A program made the position numbers and the translations under genes. Positions 27,673 through 36,165 of a stretch of 64,000 nucleotides of DNA are shown here, piece by piece. The stretch is from a virus. Below the pieces are notes generated by a model. It saw nothing but the letters and a program-made list of their open reading frames with translations. It ran no database searches and was not told the origin of the DNA. The stretch lies in IMG/VR virus record IMGVR_UViG_3300023177_000002. The stretch is one strand, 5' to 3'. Each line of letters begins with the position of its first letter. Within the stretch, counting starts at the first letter, position 1.

Positions 27673-27746
27673 TCGGCACCCTGGGGGTTGAACCCAGAAC
27701 CTTTGGCTTATCAGACCAATGCTCTAACCAGTTGAGCTAGATGCCG
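27673..27746 (-). tRNA. tRNA-Ile (anticodon GAT)
   Basis: acceptor CGGCATC/GGTGCCG, D-arm GCTCAACTGGTTAGAGC, loop CTGATAA. Confidence 0.7.
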
Positions 27747-27768
27747 TTTAATATTATTCACAATCCTT

Positions 27769-28257
27769 TCATGCCAAATCCAATTGCAAAAATACTCTAG
27801 TTGTCATTAATAACGTACCCAGAATATTATACTTGTATTGAGTTTTGCAGTAATCACACGTACATGCTCCCCAGTAATTATCATGCCAAGTATTACCTTC
27901 TTCAAGAAAAAGATTACCCGTCGCTATTAACTTTTTTCGTAATTCGGGGTAATTAGTGAACTTGGCCGCCAACAACTGGGCCATAACAGTTTGTTTTATA
28001 AGTTCCCAATCAGGACGACGATCAACTATTCGTCCTAACTGTTTTGCTTTACCCGGAGTCGGTGCAACTCGAATTTCTTCGCGCTGCGCAGGATTCAATG
28101 TTTTGGCCGCCTGAAAAGCATGTTCAACCGTAGGATATTCAGCGCCATCATATGTGATGGGGGCTGGATAGAAATTTGATAAGAATTCCCACTCGTCCTT
28201 AAAACTTGTTATCGAATACAAATTTTGTTGCTCCTTCGTGTCCATGTATTTGCTCAC
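27769..28257 (-). CDS. NADAR / YbiA-like N-glycosidase domain protein
   Basis: FLSNFYPAP ... YPTVEHAFQAAK ... conserved YbiA/DUF1768 pattern. Confidence 0.6.
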   Translation of the reverse strand: MSKYMDTKEQQNLYSITSFKDEWEFLSNFYPAPITYDGAEYPTVEHAFQAAKTLNPAQREEIRVAPTPGKAKQLGRIVDRRPDWELIKQTVMAQLLAAKFTNYPELRKKLIATGNLFLEEGNTWHDNYWGACTCDYCKTQYKYNILGTLLMTTRVFLQLDLA

Positions 28258-28915
28258 AATCCTCGAATGTGTTATAAACAGTGACTGATGCTATTTTTCC
28301 ATACCATGTTACTACGCATTTACCGTTTGTAAATATAACTCCTTCTCCTACTATACCTTTTCCAGAAACACCGCTAACATCTTTTTCACGACTCAATTTG
28401 AATGTCCGTGGAATCACACTTTTCATTAAAGCGTCTAATGTTTCCCACATTTTTTCGTTACCATCGTTCGCAAAGAATAAGCGAGCTTTAAATTCTGGAT
28501 ACTCCTTCATATACATTGTCAGCTGCGGAGACTTTTCAGCCTTGGAATACCGCATGTTTGCTATACGGTCAGCTAATTTTAAACGTGTGAATCGCAAATG
28601 ACCCGCCGTTTTATTGTACATTGCTTCTTTGCGTTCCTTACGATTCTTACCTTCTCCATCAGTAACCGCTAAAACCAATGCAGTAGTTATCATACCAAAT
28701 TCTTCTTGCAGTTCCTCTTGCGAAGTTTTTGTGTCTTCTAATATATCATGTAAGAATCCTGCCGCTAACATCGATGGGTCGGTTTCGCCAAATTCCATTA
28801 AAACATGATAAACGTTATCAAGATGTACTATAATATCCACTGGCAATGTACCATATTTATGTCCTGCATGTCGTTTCTCTGCAAAGCTTCGTGCCTTTTT
28901 TACTAGTTCGTGCAT
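28199..28915 (-). CDS. HD-domain (p)ppGpp hydrolase (small alarmone hydrolase, SpoT/Mesh1-like) with extra C-terminal domain
   Basis: RHAGHKYGTLPY..H ... LHDILEDT HD motifs of RelA/SpoT hydrolase domain; start placed at MHELVKK. Confidence 0.6.
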   Translation of the reverse strand: MHELVKKARSFAEKRHAGHKYGTLPVDIIVHLDNVYHVLMEFGETDPSMLAAGFLHDILEDTKTSQEELQEEFGMITTALVLAVTDGEGKNRKERKEAMYNKTAGHLRFTRLKLADRIANMRYSKAEKSPQLTMYMKEYPEFKARLFFANDGNEKMWETLDALMKSVIPRTFKLSREKDVSGVSGKGIVGEGVIFTNGKCVVTWYGKIASVTVYNTFEDCEQIHGHEGATKFVFDNKF

Positions 28916-28917
28916 TG

Positions 28918-29529
28918 TTAAACCTCTATTGTTGTGTATTGTGCCTTTCCTAAACACTGAAAGGCAGTTTTGTGAATTATAAATTTTCGTGTATGATGGA
29001 AATGACCGAAACACCAATAAGATGGATTATGAAGTTCAAACATGGCTTGCAATAATTGATTTGTTCTGGAAGGTTGATTATACGCATGTTTTCCGTATAA
29101 ATATATCAGCATACTTATCTTTGCTATTTCCGGACAATCATGTGAAAGCACTATTCGTGGTTTTGACACCTCGTATAATTTTAAGGCTTCATAACATTGT
29201 CGCATTGACAGTTCCTCATCATACCACCAAGATACACCAGGAATTCTACTGTCCCAATCTGTCGACCAACCACCCCCTAGATAGAATATATCCCATTCTT
29301 CGATATATCCAAATTCTCCAAGATAATTAGGATGTGTTTTACATAGTTCTGGATTATCATGATTACCGCGGATAAATTTATGTTGAGACGGCAACTCAGG
29401 TAAAAATGTATTTGGGAATCCATGGGCCATATCGCCTAATTGAATTGAAGGTCCATCAATCTTCTTGATCATAGGCAAATATATTTCTGTGTATAATCCA
29501 TGTATATCACCAATTATATGTATTGTCAT
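28918..29529 (-). CDS. calcineurin-like metallophosphoesterase (Ser/Thr phosphatase or ApaH-like)
   Basis: GDIHG, GDMAHG, GNHDNPE motifs. Confidence 0.7.
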   Translation of the reverse strand: MTIHIIGDIHGLYTEIYLPMIKKIDGPSIQLGDMAHGFPNTFLPELPSQHKFIRGNHDNPELCKTHPNYLGEFGYIEEWDIFYLGGGWSTDWDSRIPGVSWWYDEELSMRQCYEALKLYEVSKPRIVLSHDCPEIAKISMLIYLYGKHAYNQPSRTNQLLQAMFELHNPSYWCFGHFHHTRKFIIHKTAFQCLGKAQYTTIEV

Positions 29530-29552
29530 AAAGTGATGCCCCTTGAGCGTAG

Positions 29553-30044
29553 TTAGCTAATAGTTATTTCTTTTTTGTCGATGCTTGGACTTGTTTTTGG
29601 AAGTTCGATAGTAAGAACTCCACTATCCATATTAGTTTTGATGGCATCTACATCTACATCGGCTGGAAGCGCCCAGGAACGATGAAACGAGGAAAAATGT
29701 ACTTCTTGAGCAAGATAACGTGTATCTTTCTTAGAAGCCTTCCCAGATTTCTCACCTTTTACAGTAAGAAACTTTCTTCCTTTATCATTTGTAACTTCTA
29801 ATTTAATTTGATCTTTTCCATAACCAGGCAAAGCCGCTTCTATGACAAATTCCTTGTCTGTTTCGGAAATGTTTACTTTTGGAAATGCTCGACCAATAGG
29901 TTCAAAACATAGTTCCAAATTTGCTGCCTCCTCAAAGGCTTTTCTAATATCATTAAGCCAATATTCTATATCAGAGGCAAAGTCTCTTTTTAAAATAGGT
30001 AGCATATATTTTCTCCTTATGAATGAAAATACGCTAAGGGGCAT
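29553..30044 (-). CDS. small heat-shock protein (Hsp20/alpha-crystallin)
   Basis: alpha-crystallin core FVIEAALPGYGKDQIKLEV ... TVKGEK; start trimmed to avoid tRNA-Arg. Confidence 0.7.
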   Translation of the reverse strand: MPLSVFSFIRRKYMLPILKRDFASDIEYWLNDIRKAFEEAANLELCFEPIGRAFPKVNISETDKEFVIEAALPGYGKDQIKLEVTNDKGRKFLTVKGEKSGKASKKDTRYLAQEVHFSSFHRSWALPADVDVDAIKTNMDSGVLTIELPKTSPSIDKKEITIS

Positions 30045-30048
30045 CTTG

Positions 30049-30122
30049 TACTCTCGGCGAGACTCGAACTCGCAACGCTCACGCTTAGAAGGCGCAGCTC
30101 TGTCCAATTGATGTACGAGAGC
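30049..30122 (-). tRNA. tRNA-Arg (anticodon TCT)
   Basis: acceptor GCTCTCG/CGAGAGT, loop CTTCTAA, T-arm GCGAGTTCGAGTCTCGC. Confidence 0.65.
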
Positions 30123-30130
30123 ATAATTTA

Positions 30131-30616
30131 TTAACAGGCTAAGTTTATATTCAGATACTCAGAGTCGCCAGTTACATATAAAAAACTGCCGAAGCGCCCC
30201 AATTCAGTGTCTGAGTAATTATCTGCTTCCTCTTCCGTAGCAAACTCTATTTCTCCAGTGATCAATGGCCATTTCCTCGAATGTTGATATACATCTAATT
30301 CTAATATAAGACCAGATTCCAGTGGAAAGTGATAACGTGTTTTGTAAACACGTCGACCAATTGTTAAGGGCCAAATTGCAATAAACACATTTTCATCTAT
30401 TTGACATTGTGCTTCGTCCCGAACTACACCCATTCCTAATTTATAATTTATTTTATAATCTTTTGTATTATCTTCATGTACTCGTTGAGTAAACCTAATC
30501 CCATCTATTGTATAACCCTGCATTAATTTTATTGATTTACTAGCTTGAGCCAGCTGTGGAAGCACAACATTCTCATCAAAGAACAAAAATTTATATTCAA
30601 TTTCTTTTGGTATCAT
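30131..30616 (-). CDS. hypothetical protein
   Basis: ORF. Confidence 0.4.
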   Translation of the reverse strand: MIPKEIEYKFLFFDENVVLPQLAQASKSIKLMQGYTIDGIRFTQRVHEDNTKDYKINYKLGMGVVRDEAQCQIDENVFIAIWPLTIGRRVYKTRYHFPLESGLILELDVYQHSRKWPLITGEIEFATEEEADNYSDTELGRFGSFLYVTGDSEYLNINLAC

Positions 30617-31173
30617 CCAAATTCAGCCCCTTCTTCATAACCTCGTTGTTCATTTTTTCCTATATTGAATATTTGATCTTTTCCTGCACGTACTCGTTTG
30701 GCATATCTATCATATAAAGTAAGATAAACAGCCGCTGCCAAGTTTGTGCAATGTTTCGTGGGTATAGTGACAATTCGATGGCAGTGTTGCATATGTACTC
30801 GTTCAATACCACCATCTTCTGGACCAAAAACATACACTGCATTATATGGATGTTCAAAGTCTAATAAGTTTTCAGAGTTTTCTCGCACTTCAATTGCAAT
30901 AGGAATTGCTTTTTCAAACATATCAAACGGATAATCAAATTGTGTGAGTGTAACTTCTTTATAACCCTTCATCCGTTCTTCTCTTGGTAAACGATAATCT
31001 TTTGTTGGTGTCATTGATACACGATTGCCGGTGTACCAAACCTGGGCTATACCAAAACAAGATGCAGCACGTATTATTGCGCCAACGTTTCTTGGATATT
31101 TAGGATTAATTAGTACGATCGAAGGAGTTACCCCGATCTTCTTATGGTTTTTACCGCAGATTAGTTGTTCCAT
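30613..31173 (-). CDS. SpoU-class RNA 2'-O-methyltransferase (TrmH/TrmL-like, likely tRNA)
   Basis: NVGAIIRAASCFG ... VFGPEDGGI ... IPT...NLAAAVYLTLYDRY SPOUT motifs. Confidence 0.65.
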   Translation of the reverse strand: MEQLICGKNHKKIGVTPSIVLINPKYPRNVGAIIRAASCFGIAQVWYTGNRVSMTPTKDYRLPREERMKGYKEVTLTQFDYPFDMFEKAIPIAIEVRENSENLLDFEHPYNAVYVFGPEDGGIERVHMQHCHRIVTIPTKHCTNLAAAVYLTLYDRYAKRVRAGKDQIFNIGKNEQRGYEEGAEFG

Positions 31174-31781
31174 TAACTATTTATTATCTTATCTGCTAGA
31201 TTATCTGAATATAAAGCATGTACTTTATTTAACCACTGCAATGTCTTAGCTTTTGCCATATTGTAGTGCGTCCCCTCCCCATCTTTGCCGACGACTCCTT
31301 CAAAAGTGATTCCTTCTATTTCATTATAATAGATCTTAGTGGTAAATTCTTTATTCCAGCGATAATATCCAAGATATTTTGGTATCAGTACTTTACCGTC
31401 AAATAATTTTATGAACATCTTAGGAGATACGAATCCTTTTTTATCTAAGGCCACATCAAACACCGTCAGTGTCTTCACATCATCTTTTTCATGTTGTCCA
31501 GCAAAACTTCTTTTCCCAGCAAATTCTGCAAACACTACCGCATGTTCAAATCGGTTATCAATCATAATTTGGGTAAGCGGGAATAACAACGTTTCGTGAA
31601 ATAAAGGAACTGCTGATCCAAATACGTCATCTGATTGGTCAAATAATCTTGTGCGCGTACCGAATTTAAACCAACCACGTTTTTTGCTGTATTCAAAACG
31701 TAAGTTACTACCATCTATTTTATCGAACACGTGTGCATTAAAAGATGGCACATCTTTAGGAATTTCTGGATATTGTTTCAT
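31173..31781 (-). CDS. hypothetical protein
   Basis: ORF. Confidence 0.4.
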   Translation of the reverse strand: MKQYPEIPKDVPSFNAHVFDKIDGSNLRFEYSKKRGWFKFGTRTRLFDQSDDVFGSAVPLFHETLLFPLTQIMIDNRFEHAVVFAEFAGKRSFAGQHEKDDVKTLTVFDVALDKKGFVSPKMFIKLFDGKVLIPKYLGYYRWNKEFTTKIYYNEIEGITFEGVVGKDGEGTHYNMAKAKTLQWLNKVHALYSDNLADKIINS

Positions 31782-31987
31782 ATATCGGTTGCTTTCCGTA
31801 ACGGAAATTTTTGATTTATTTCAATAAGATCTTCAGTCAAACGAATGTCCATATAGATTATTAATACTCTAGCATATTTATCATCTACTATAATTCGGCG
31901 ATGCTTGTGTGCAAATTCTTCAGGTATCCAACATATTTCAAATGCACCATCATCATATTGTATTTTTACTTGTTTATAATAATTCAT
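31778..31987 (-). CDS. hypothetical small protein
   Basis: ORF. Confidence 0.3.
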   Translation of the reverse strand: MNYYKQVKIQYDDGAFEICWIPEEFAHKHRRIIVDDKYARVLIIYMDIRLTEDLIEINQKFPLRKATDI

Positions 31988-32196
31988 TTATACATACAAA
32001 TTTTACAGGGGCGATAACTACATTGTAATGCATCTAGTTCTGTAAGAAAAAATACTCGATTCTTTTTTTTCATACGTTTGCCGCTATAACAATCTAATGT
32101 TCCGTAAATTTTTAATTTCCTATTTCCCGCAAGTATGCCTTTTCTAAACGATAAATGTATACCTCGGCTTGTCAATATCTTGTATTGTTTTGGCAT
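31984..32196 (-). CDS. hypothetical small protein (start trimmed to avoid tRNA-Pro)
   Basis: ORF. Confidence 0.25.
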   Translation of the reverse strand: MPKQYKILTSRGIHLSFRKGILAGNRKLKIYGTLDCYSGKRMKKKNRVFFLTELDALQCSYRPCKICMYK

Positions 32197-32199
32197 TTG

Positions 32200-32274
32200 T
32201 CGGAATAGTGGGGCTTGAACCCACACGATGTCCAGTTCCCGAAACTGGTGGCCTACCAATTGGCCCATATTCCG
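32200..32274 (-). tRNA. tRNA-Pro (anticodon CGG)
   Basis: acceptor CGGAATA/TATTCCG perfect, stem CCAGT/ACTGG, loop TTCGGGA, T-arm GTGGGTTCAAGCCCCAC. Confidence 0.75.
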
Positions 32275-32281
32275 TTTAATT

Positions 32282-33124
32282 TTAAAACAGCCCCTGTTCT
32301 TTTAATTGGACTAATGCACGAATCATTTCATCAGCATGAAAATTGAAATATCCTTCTCCGCTAGCGATTATTAATTTTCCGTCCTCACTTTTTTTAGCAT
32401 CAAATCCTTTTCGTATGAATGGGGATTCAATACCTGTGAATTTTAATATTAATTCAAGATCTGGATATATTCTTTCCAGCGAATCACATAATTCGGCATC
32501 CATAAGAAGTTCTGGTGCTGATATAATTTTTTTTGGTGTATCAGTAATAATAAGCATCTTGGTCTTTACATATTTTTCTTTCGCTAAAATTACGGATTCT
32601 TCGTGAGGATGCTTATCAAACCATTCAGGTGCAACACGTTTTCGATCTTCTAATGTGTAAAGACCACGTTTATTTGCAGCCGCTGAAAGTGGTCGTCTAA
32701 ATGCATGATTATCATCAATCGCCTTTATTATATCTGCTATAGAATAACAATGAATTGTTTGACAGAAGTAAGTTTCCGGAATACCGGGAATTTCGTACCT
32801 GTAATTTATTTTTTGATCTGACCTGTATAAACATCTAGCTGCAAAAACACACGTTCTTAAAAAATTAGCCTGACTAAATTGAAAATTATCCTCACCTGAT
32901 TCTACATCATACGTAGCTGCTCCACTAATGTGTCGAAATATTCCTAACAATAATGTATGTCCCAAAACTGTTCCATAATATTCAAAATAAGTTCCAACCT
33001 CTAATAACGACGGAATTAATTCTTTTGTGACATGATACCTATGTGCATTTAATGTAGATATAAAAATTTCTGCTACCTTAAAACGTCTTTCTAAATCATG
33101 AACGGTTTTCTTATAAGTTGTCAA
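32282..33124 (-). CDS. hypothetical protein (280 aa)
   Basis: ORF; no confident motif. Confidence 0.45.
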   Translation of the reverse strand: MTTYKKTVHDLERRFKVAEIFISTLNAHRYHVTKELIPSLLEVGTYFEYYGTVLGHTLLLGIFRHISGAATYDVESGEDNFQFSQANFLRTCVFAARCLYRSDQKINYRYEIPGIPETYFCQTIHCYSIADIIKAIDDNHAFRRPLSAAANKRGLYTLEDRKRVAPEWFDKHPHEESVILAKEKYVKTKMLIITDTPKKIISAPELLMDAELCDSLERIYPDLELILKFTGIESPFIRKGFDAKKSEDGKLIIASGEGYFNFHADEMIRALVQLKEQGLF

Positions 33125-33164
33125 ATTAAACCAAGAAATTGTTTAACATTAGTTATTTATAGTG

Positions 33165-33238
33165 TCGGAGTGACTGGACTCGAACCAGCGATCCCATGCG
33201 CCCAGGGCATGTGCGTTAGCCAACTACGCTACACTCCG
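33165..33238 (-). tRNA. tRNA-Pro (anticodon TGG)
   Basis: acceptor CGGAGTG/CACTCCG perfect, stem CATGC/GCATG, loop CCTGGGC (C33), T-arm GCTGGTTCGAGTCCAGT. Confidence 0.65.
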
Positions 33239-33272
33239 GTAAGACAACATCAATGATGTTGTCGGTTGTTAT

Positions 33273-33755
33273 TTAAAACTTTTTTGCAATGAACTCTTTT
33301 AGAAGCTTTAATAATGATTTTCCGCTTCCACCAAAAAATAATTTATCCTCAATACGGGCTATTTCCTTCTCGACGGCATTTTCACGTTTTGCACATTCAG
33401 CTAATGCCGCCTTATGTTTAAGTAGTAACTGCTTTCCTTGTTTACTTATTTTTGCCGATGCCGTGGAACCGAAAAGATCGAGGATATCGATACTTGGAGA
33501 ATAAATTTCATCTATGGCTTCTTTTAAAGGATTGATTAGTTTGGATATATCTATATCCGCAACCGTAATTTCTTTGCTTAGGATTAATGGTAATAAAGCA
33601 GCCGTGTCCCGTTCATCCTTATAATCGTACATGTGTTTGTCGAGATCGCCGTACTCTTGCTTTATGGAAGCAAGTTTTTTATTAGCAGCCTCTCGAAGAC
33701 GCCTGCTAAAATGTTTGCGCATATCGACAGTGATTGTATTGTCTGTCTTTTCCAT
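33273..33755 (-). CDS. hypothetical protein
   Basis: ORF. Confidence 0.4.
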   Translation of the reverse strand: MEKTDNTITVDMRKHFSRRLREAANKKLASIKQEYGDLDKHMYDYKDERDTAALLPLILSKEITVADIDISKLINPLKEAIDEIYSPSIDILDLFGSTASAKISKQGKQLLLKHKAALAECAKRENAVEKEIARIEDKLFFGGSGKSLLKLLKEFIAKKF

Positions 33756-33760
33756 ATGTG

Positions 33761-33835
33761 TGGGAGATCACGGGATCGAACCGTGGACCTTCGGTTTGTA
33801 GGACCGACGCTCTAAACCAGCTGAGCTAATCTCCC
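33761..33835 (-). tRNA. tRNA-Val (anticodon TAC)
   Basis: acceptor GGGAGAT/ATCTCCC perfect, stem TCGGT/ACCGA, loop CCTACAA, T-arm CACGGTTCGATCCCGTG. Confidence 0.75.
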
Positions 33836-34090
33836 ATAACTATAATAGCTGTGACTCTGCGGTTACTCTTAATGGAACGTTTCATTTCCAGGCATAAAAT
33901 ACTTCAATTAAAGCCGCAGTCCATTAATTATATTTTTATGCGTATGCACGAGTAGCTATTATAGCTTTGTACCTTTTACGACAATGTATATTGCTGGGCA
34001 AACCATGCGCAACATTGATTCAAACATATTTGGTACTCTATTTTCAAAGATCGTAACGTAGATATAATGTCTGTCATTATGTCTATGCTA

Positions 34091-34757
34091 TTACCATTTA
34101 CCCTTTATCCACGCTTTCAGATCGCGTCGCTCGTTTGTTCTATGGTCAATCCATAAATTATGTTTTACCATATAAGTACGAATTTTTTCTGCTCGATGTC
34201 CCGACCCCATCTGCAATCGTTTATTTTGGGCCGCTTGTTTTTGATGATTATATTTAGCGATACGTTGTAACTTAGAATATAATATTTCAAAAGCAAGTTG
34301 TTTGTTTTGGTACTGGGATCTTTCGGAACCGCAACGAACAGTTAACCCTGATTTATGTTTTAATACAACAACTGTTTCAACTTTATTACGATTCTGTCCT
34401 CCAGGACCGCTTCCTTTAGTGGTTGTAACTTCAACGTCATTAAAATTTATACTGACCTCGGGAAGTTCTATAAGATCCAACACTGCAACTGTTACAACAG
34501 AGGTATGTGTTCGTCCTCGGTTTTCTGTAGGAGGAACTCTGTGCCATTGGTGCGCACCACCCTCGTTTTCAAATAATTCCTTTGCTCTTTGTCCGATAAC
34601 CTGAACTGAAGCAAACCCATCACTAACATATATTGGAATTGCCTCAAAGTCCGTGTTTATACGCGACTTTTAAATAAATACTTAATTGATCCTCGACGAG
34701 GAGTTTTGCATCCGCTCCACCCTCGCCAGCTTGTAATTCCAATAAAATGTTACTCAT
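34091..34757 (-). CDS. class I peptide chain release factor homolog (RF1-like, GGQ and PxT-type motifs, lacks domain 1) requiring +1 frameshift at 34644-34649
   Basis: upstream segment LELQAGEGGADAKLLVEDQLSIY (RF domain 2) ends at CUU UGA; +1 frame continues EAIPIYVSDGF...HQWHRVPPTENRGRTHTSVV...SGPGGQNRNKVETVV...IRTYMV matching RF1 domains 2-4. Confidence 0.7.
34644..34649 (-). other. candidate programmed +1 ribosomal frameshift site CUU UGA (G), identical core to prfB site
   Basis: minus-strand CTT TGA GGC; reading CTTT|GAG GCA restores RF-like frame. Confidence 0.55.
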
Positions 34758-34814
34758 GATGTTTTTCCTTTCTACCCAAGGTTTGAATTTCTTCAGGGAC
34801 ACAAGGGGAATGTA

Positions 34815-34889
34815 GGTGACCGATGGGATTCGAACCCATAACGTACAGGGCCACAACCTGTCGGACTAAGCCAATTGTCCTACGGCCAC
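34815..34889 (-). tRNA. tRNA-His (anticodon GTG)
   Basis: acceptor GTGGCCG/CGGTCAC, stem ACAGG/CCTGT, loop TTGTGGC, T-arm ATGGGTTCGAATCCCAT. Confidence 0.75.
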
Positions 34890-34891
34890 AG

Positions 34892-34974
34892 TGTATCTGG
34901 AGGGATTCGAACCCCCACGCCCAAAGGGGACCTGATCTACAGTCAGGCGAGCCAGCCAGTTGCTCAACAGATAC
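34892..34974 (-). tRNA. tRNA-Tyr (anticodon GTA), type II
   Basis: acceptor GTATCTG/CAGATAC perfect, stem CCTGA/TCAGG, loop CTGTAGA, long variable arm. Confidence 0.75.
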
Positions 34975-35039
34975 ATATCGCGGGTAATTTAAGCGACGTC
35001 AGTGTTTTTAATTTAGCTACTACGTATTTTCATACGCGC

Positions 35040-35112
35040 TAGGACTTGAACCTAGAGTGTTATATTTTTGAGATATATGCTTTAACCGATAACTAACATC
35101 TATCGACCCGCT
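35040..35112 (-). pseudogene. degenerate tRNA-like element (T-arm and CAA anticodon-like hairpin but no acceptor pairing)
   Basis: CTAGGTTCAAGTCCTAG T-arm, TATAT/ATATA stem with loop CTCAAAA; 5'/3' ends do not pair. Confidence 0.3.
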
Positions 35113-35118
35113 AGCTCA

Positions 35119-35190
35119 GCAGGAAGGGCTCGAACCTTCAACATCCTGGTTAACAGCCAGGCACTCTACCGTTGAGTTACTGCTGAATTT
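35119..35190 (-). tRNA. tRNA-Asn (anticodon GTT)
   Basis: acceptor TCAGCAG/CTGCTGA perfect, stem CCTGG/CCAGG, loop CTGTTAA, T-arm GAAGGTTCGAGCCCTTC. Confidence 0.75.
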
Positions 35191-35208
35191 ATTGTATTTT
35201 TTAGTCGA

Positions 35209-35283
35209 CGCGGTAGGACTTGAACCCACATATCTTCCGTGTATAAGGCGGCTGCCGTCACCAATTTAGCTACGCGTCGTTTA
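35209..35283 (-). tRNA. tRNA-like gene with good acceptor/T-arm but defective anticodon stem (possible anticodon TAT; likely degenerate)
   Basis: acceptor CGACGCG/CGCGTCG perfect, T-arm GTGGGTTCAAGTCCTAC, anticodon region GCCGC CTTATAC ACGGA pairs only 3 bp. Confidence 0.4.
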
Positions 35284-35290
35284 TTGTGGA

Positions 35291-35364
35291 GACAACCGGA
35301 ATCGAACCAGTGCATACCCAGGTCTTCAGCCTAGAGCTCTACCGACTGAGCTATGTCTCCATGT
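35291..35364 (-). tRNA. tRNA-Phe (anticodon GAA)
   Basis: acceptor GGAGACA/TGTCTCC perfect, D-arm GCTCAGTCGGTAGAGC, loop CTGAAGA, T-arm ACTGGTTCGATTCCGGT. Confidence 0.8.
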
Positions 35365-35584
35365 CATTTAATTGTTCATTAATGACTTTTTTATCTTTTC
35401 TGCGTTGTATAGTATGTTCGCGATATTTGATAGCTTGTTCATATTTACACATACTACAACTATCTTTCAACCAATGATTTTTAAACAACCTATTCGTTTG
35501 ATTATTATACCACCACTTAAATCTATCCCAAACTCTTTTACGTTTTAAAACCTTTAATTCATCTTTGTCTCTGTTGTGTTTCAT
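35351..35584 (-). CDS. hypothetical small basic protein (3' end overlaps tRNA-Phe)
   Basis: ORF trimmed to MKHNRD start. Confidence 0.25.
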   Translation of the reverse strand: MKHNRDKDELKVLKRKRVWDRFKWWYNNQTNRLFKNHWLKDSCSMCKYEQAIKYREHTIQRRKDKKVINEQLNDMET

Positions 35585-35658
35585 GCGGGGCGTACGGAAC
35601 TCGAATCCGTACTCTTCTGCGTGACAGGCAGGCGTGTTAACCAATTACACTAACGCCC
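35585..35658 (-). tRNA. tRNA-Asp (anticodon GTC)
   Basis: acceptor GGGGCGT/ACGCCCC perfect, stem CCTGC/GCAGA, loop CTGTCAC, T-arm ACGGATTCGAGTTCCGT. Confidence 0.75.
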
Positions 35659-35941
35659 CAATTGCACCATGTACCAAACATGGAAATAATTTATTATAAT
35701 GACAAATTTGTACGCCCGTACAGGTTAAAATACGATAATAATATTGTCTAGGATCCATTAATAAAGAATAAAGATGTGCAACATCAACCCGCGCCTCGCT
35801 GGCATATCCTATCGTACTTACATAGCAATTCCAATGTTTTTTATGTATAATTTGTAATAAATCGATTTCACTTATTGAGTCAAAAGCAAGCCCTGTTTTT
35901 TGTGAAATCCATTTTTGAAGTTCTTCATCTTGTAAATACAT
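35645..35941 (-). CDS. hypothetical protein
   Basis: ORF. Confidence 0.35.
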   Translation of the reverse strand: MYLQDEELQKWISQKTGLAFDSISEIDLLQIIHKKHWNCYVSTIGYASEARVDVAHLYSLLMDPRQYYYRILTCTGVQICHYNKLFPCLVHGAIGALV

Positions 35942-35946
35942 TAATA

Positions 35947-36162
35947 TTATTCTTCTATAACACCTGTCAAAAGATTAATACCATTTTCATAATCATTTCC
36001 AGATTCTTCGCAGGTTACTATCCACTTTATTCCACAAACCGGACATTTATAAATATATGTATATGCAGTATTAAAGAATGCTTCGGGGTCTGTTGCTTTT
36101 AATTTTTGTCCGCAAGTACATTTAAACTTCGGAGCTATGAAATTCGGTTCTTTCTGTTTCAT
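35947..36162 (-). CDS. small zinc-ribbon protein (start trimmed to avoid tRNA-Glu)
   Basis: CTCGQKL ... CPVCGIKW. Confidence 0.35.
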   Translation of the reverse strand: MKQKEPNFIAPKFKCTCGQKLKATDPEAFFNTAYTYIYKCPVCGIKWIVTCEESGNDYENGINLLTGVIEE

Positions 36163-36165
36163 TAG

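Noticed and set aside
32282-33124. Flavin-dependent thymidylate synthase (ThyX) guess for the 280-aa protein
   Set aside because: The ThyX RHRx7-8S signature is not present; left as hypothetical.
35351-35644. Full 97-aa ORF
   Set aside because: Its first 20 codons are the reverse reading of tRNA-Asp; trimmed to the internal Met, and even then low confidence.
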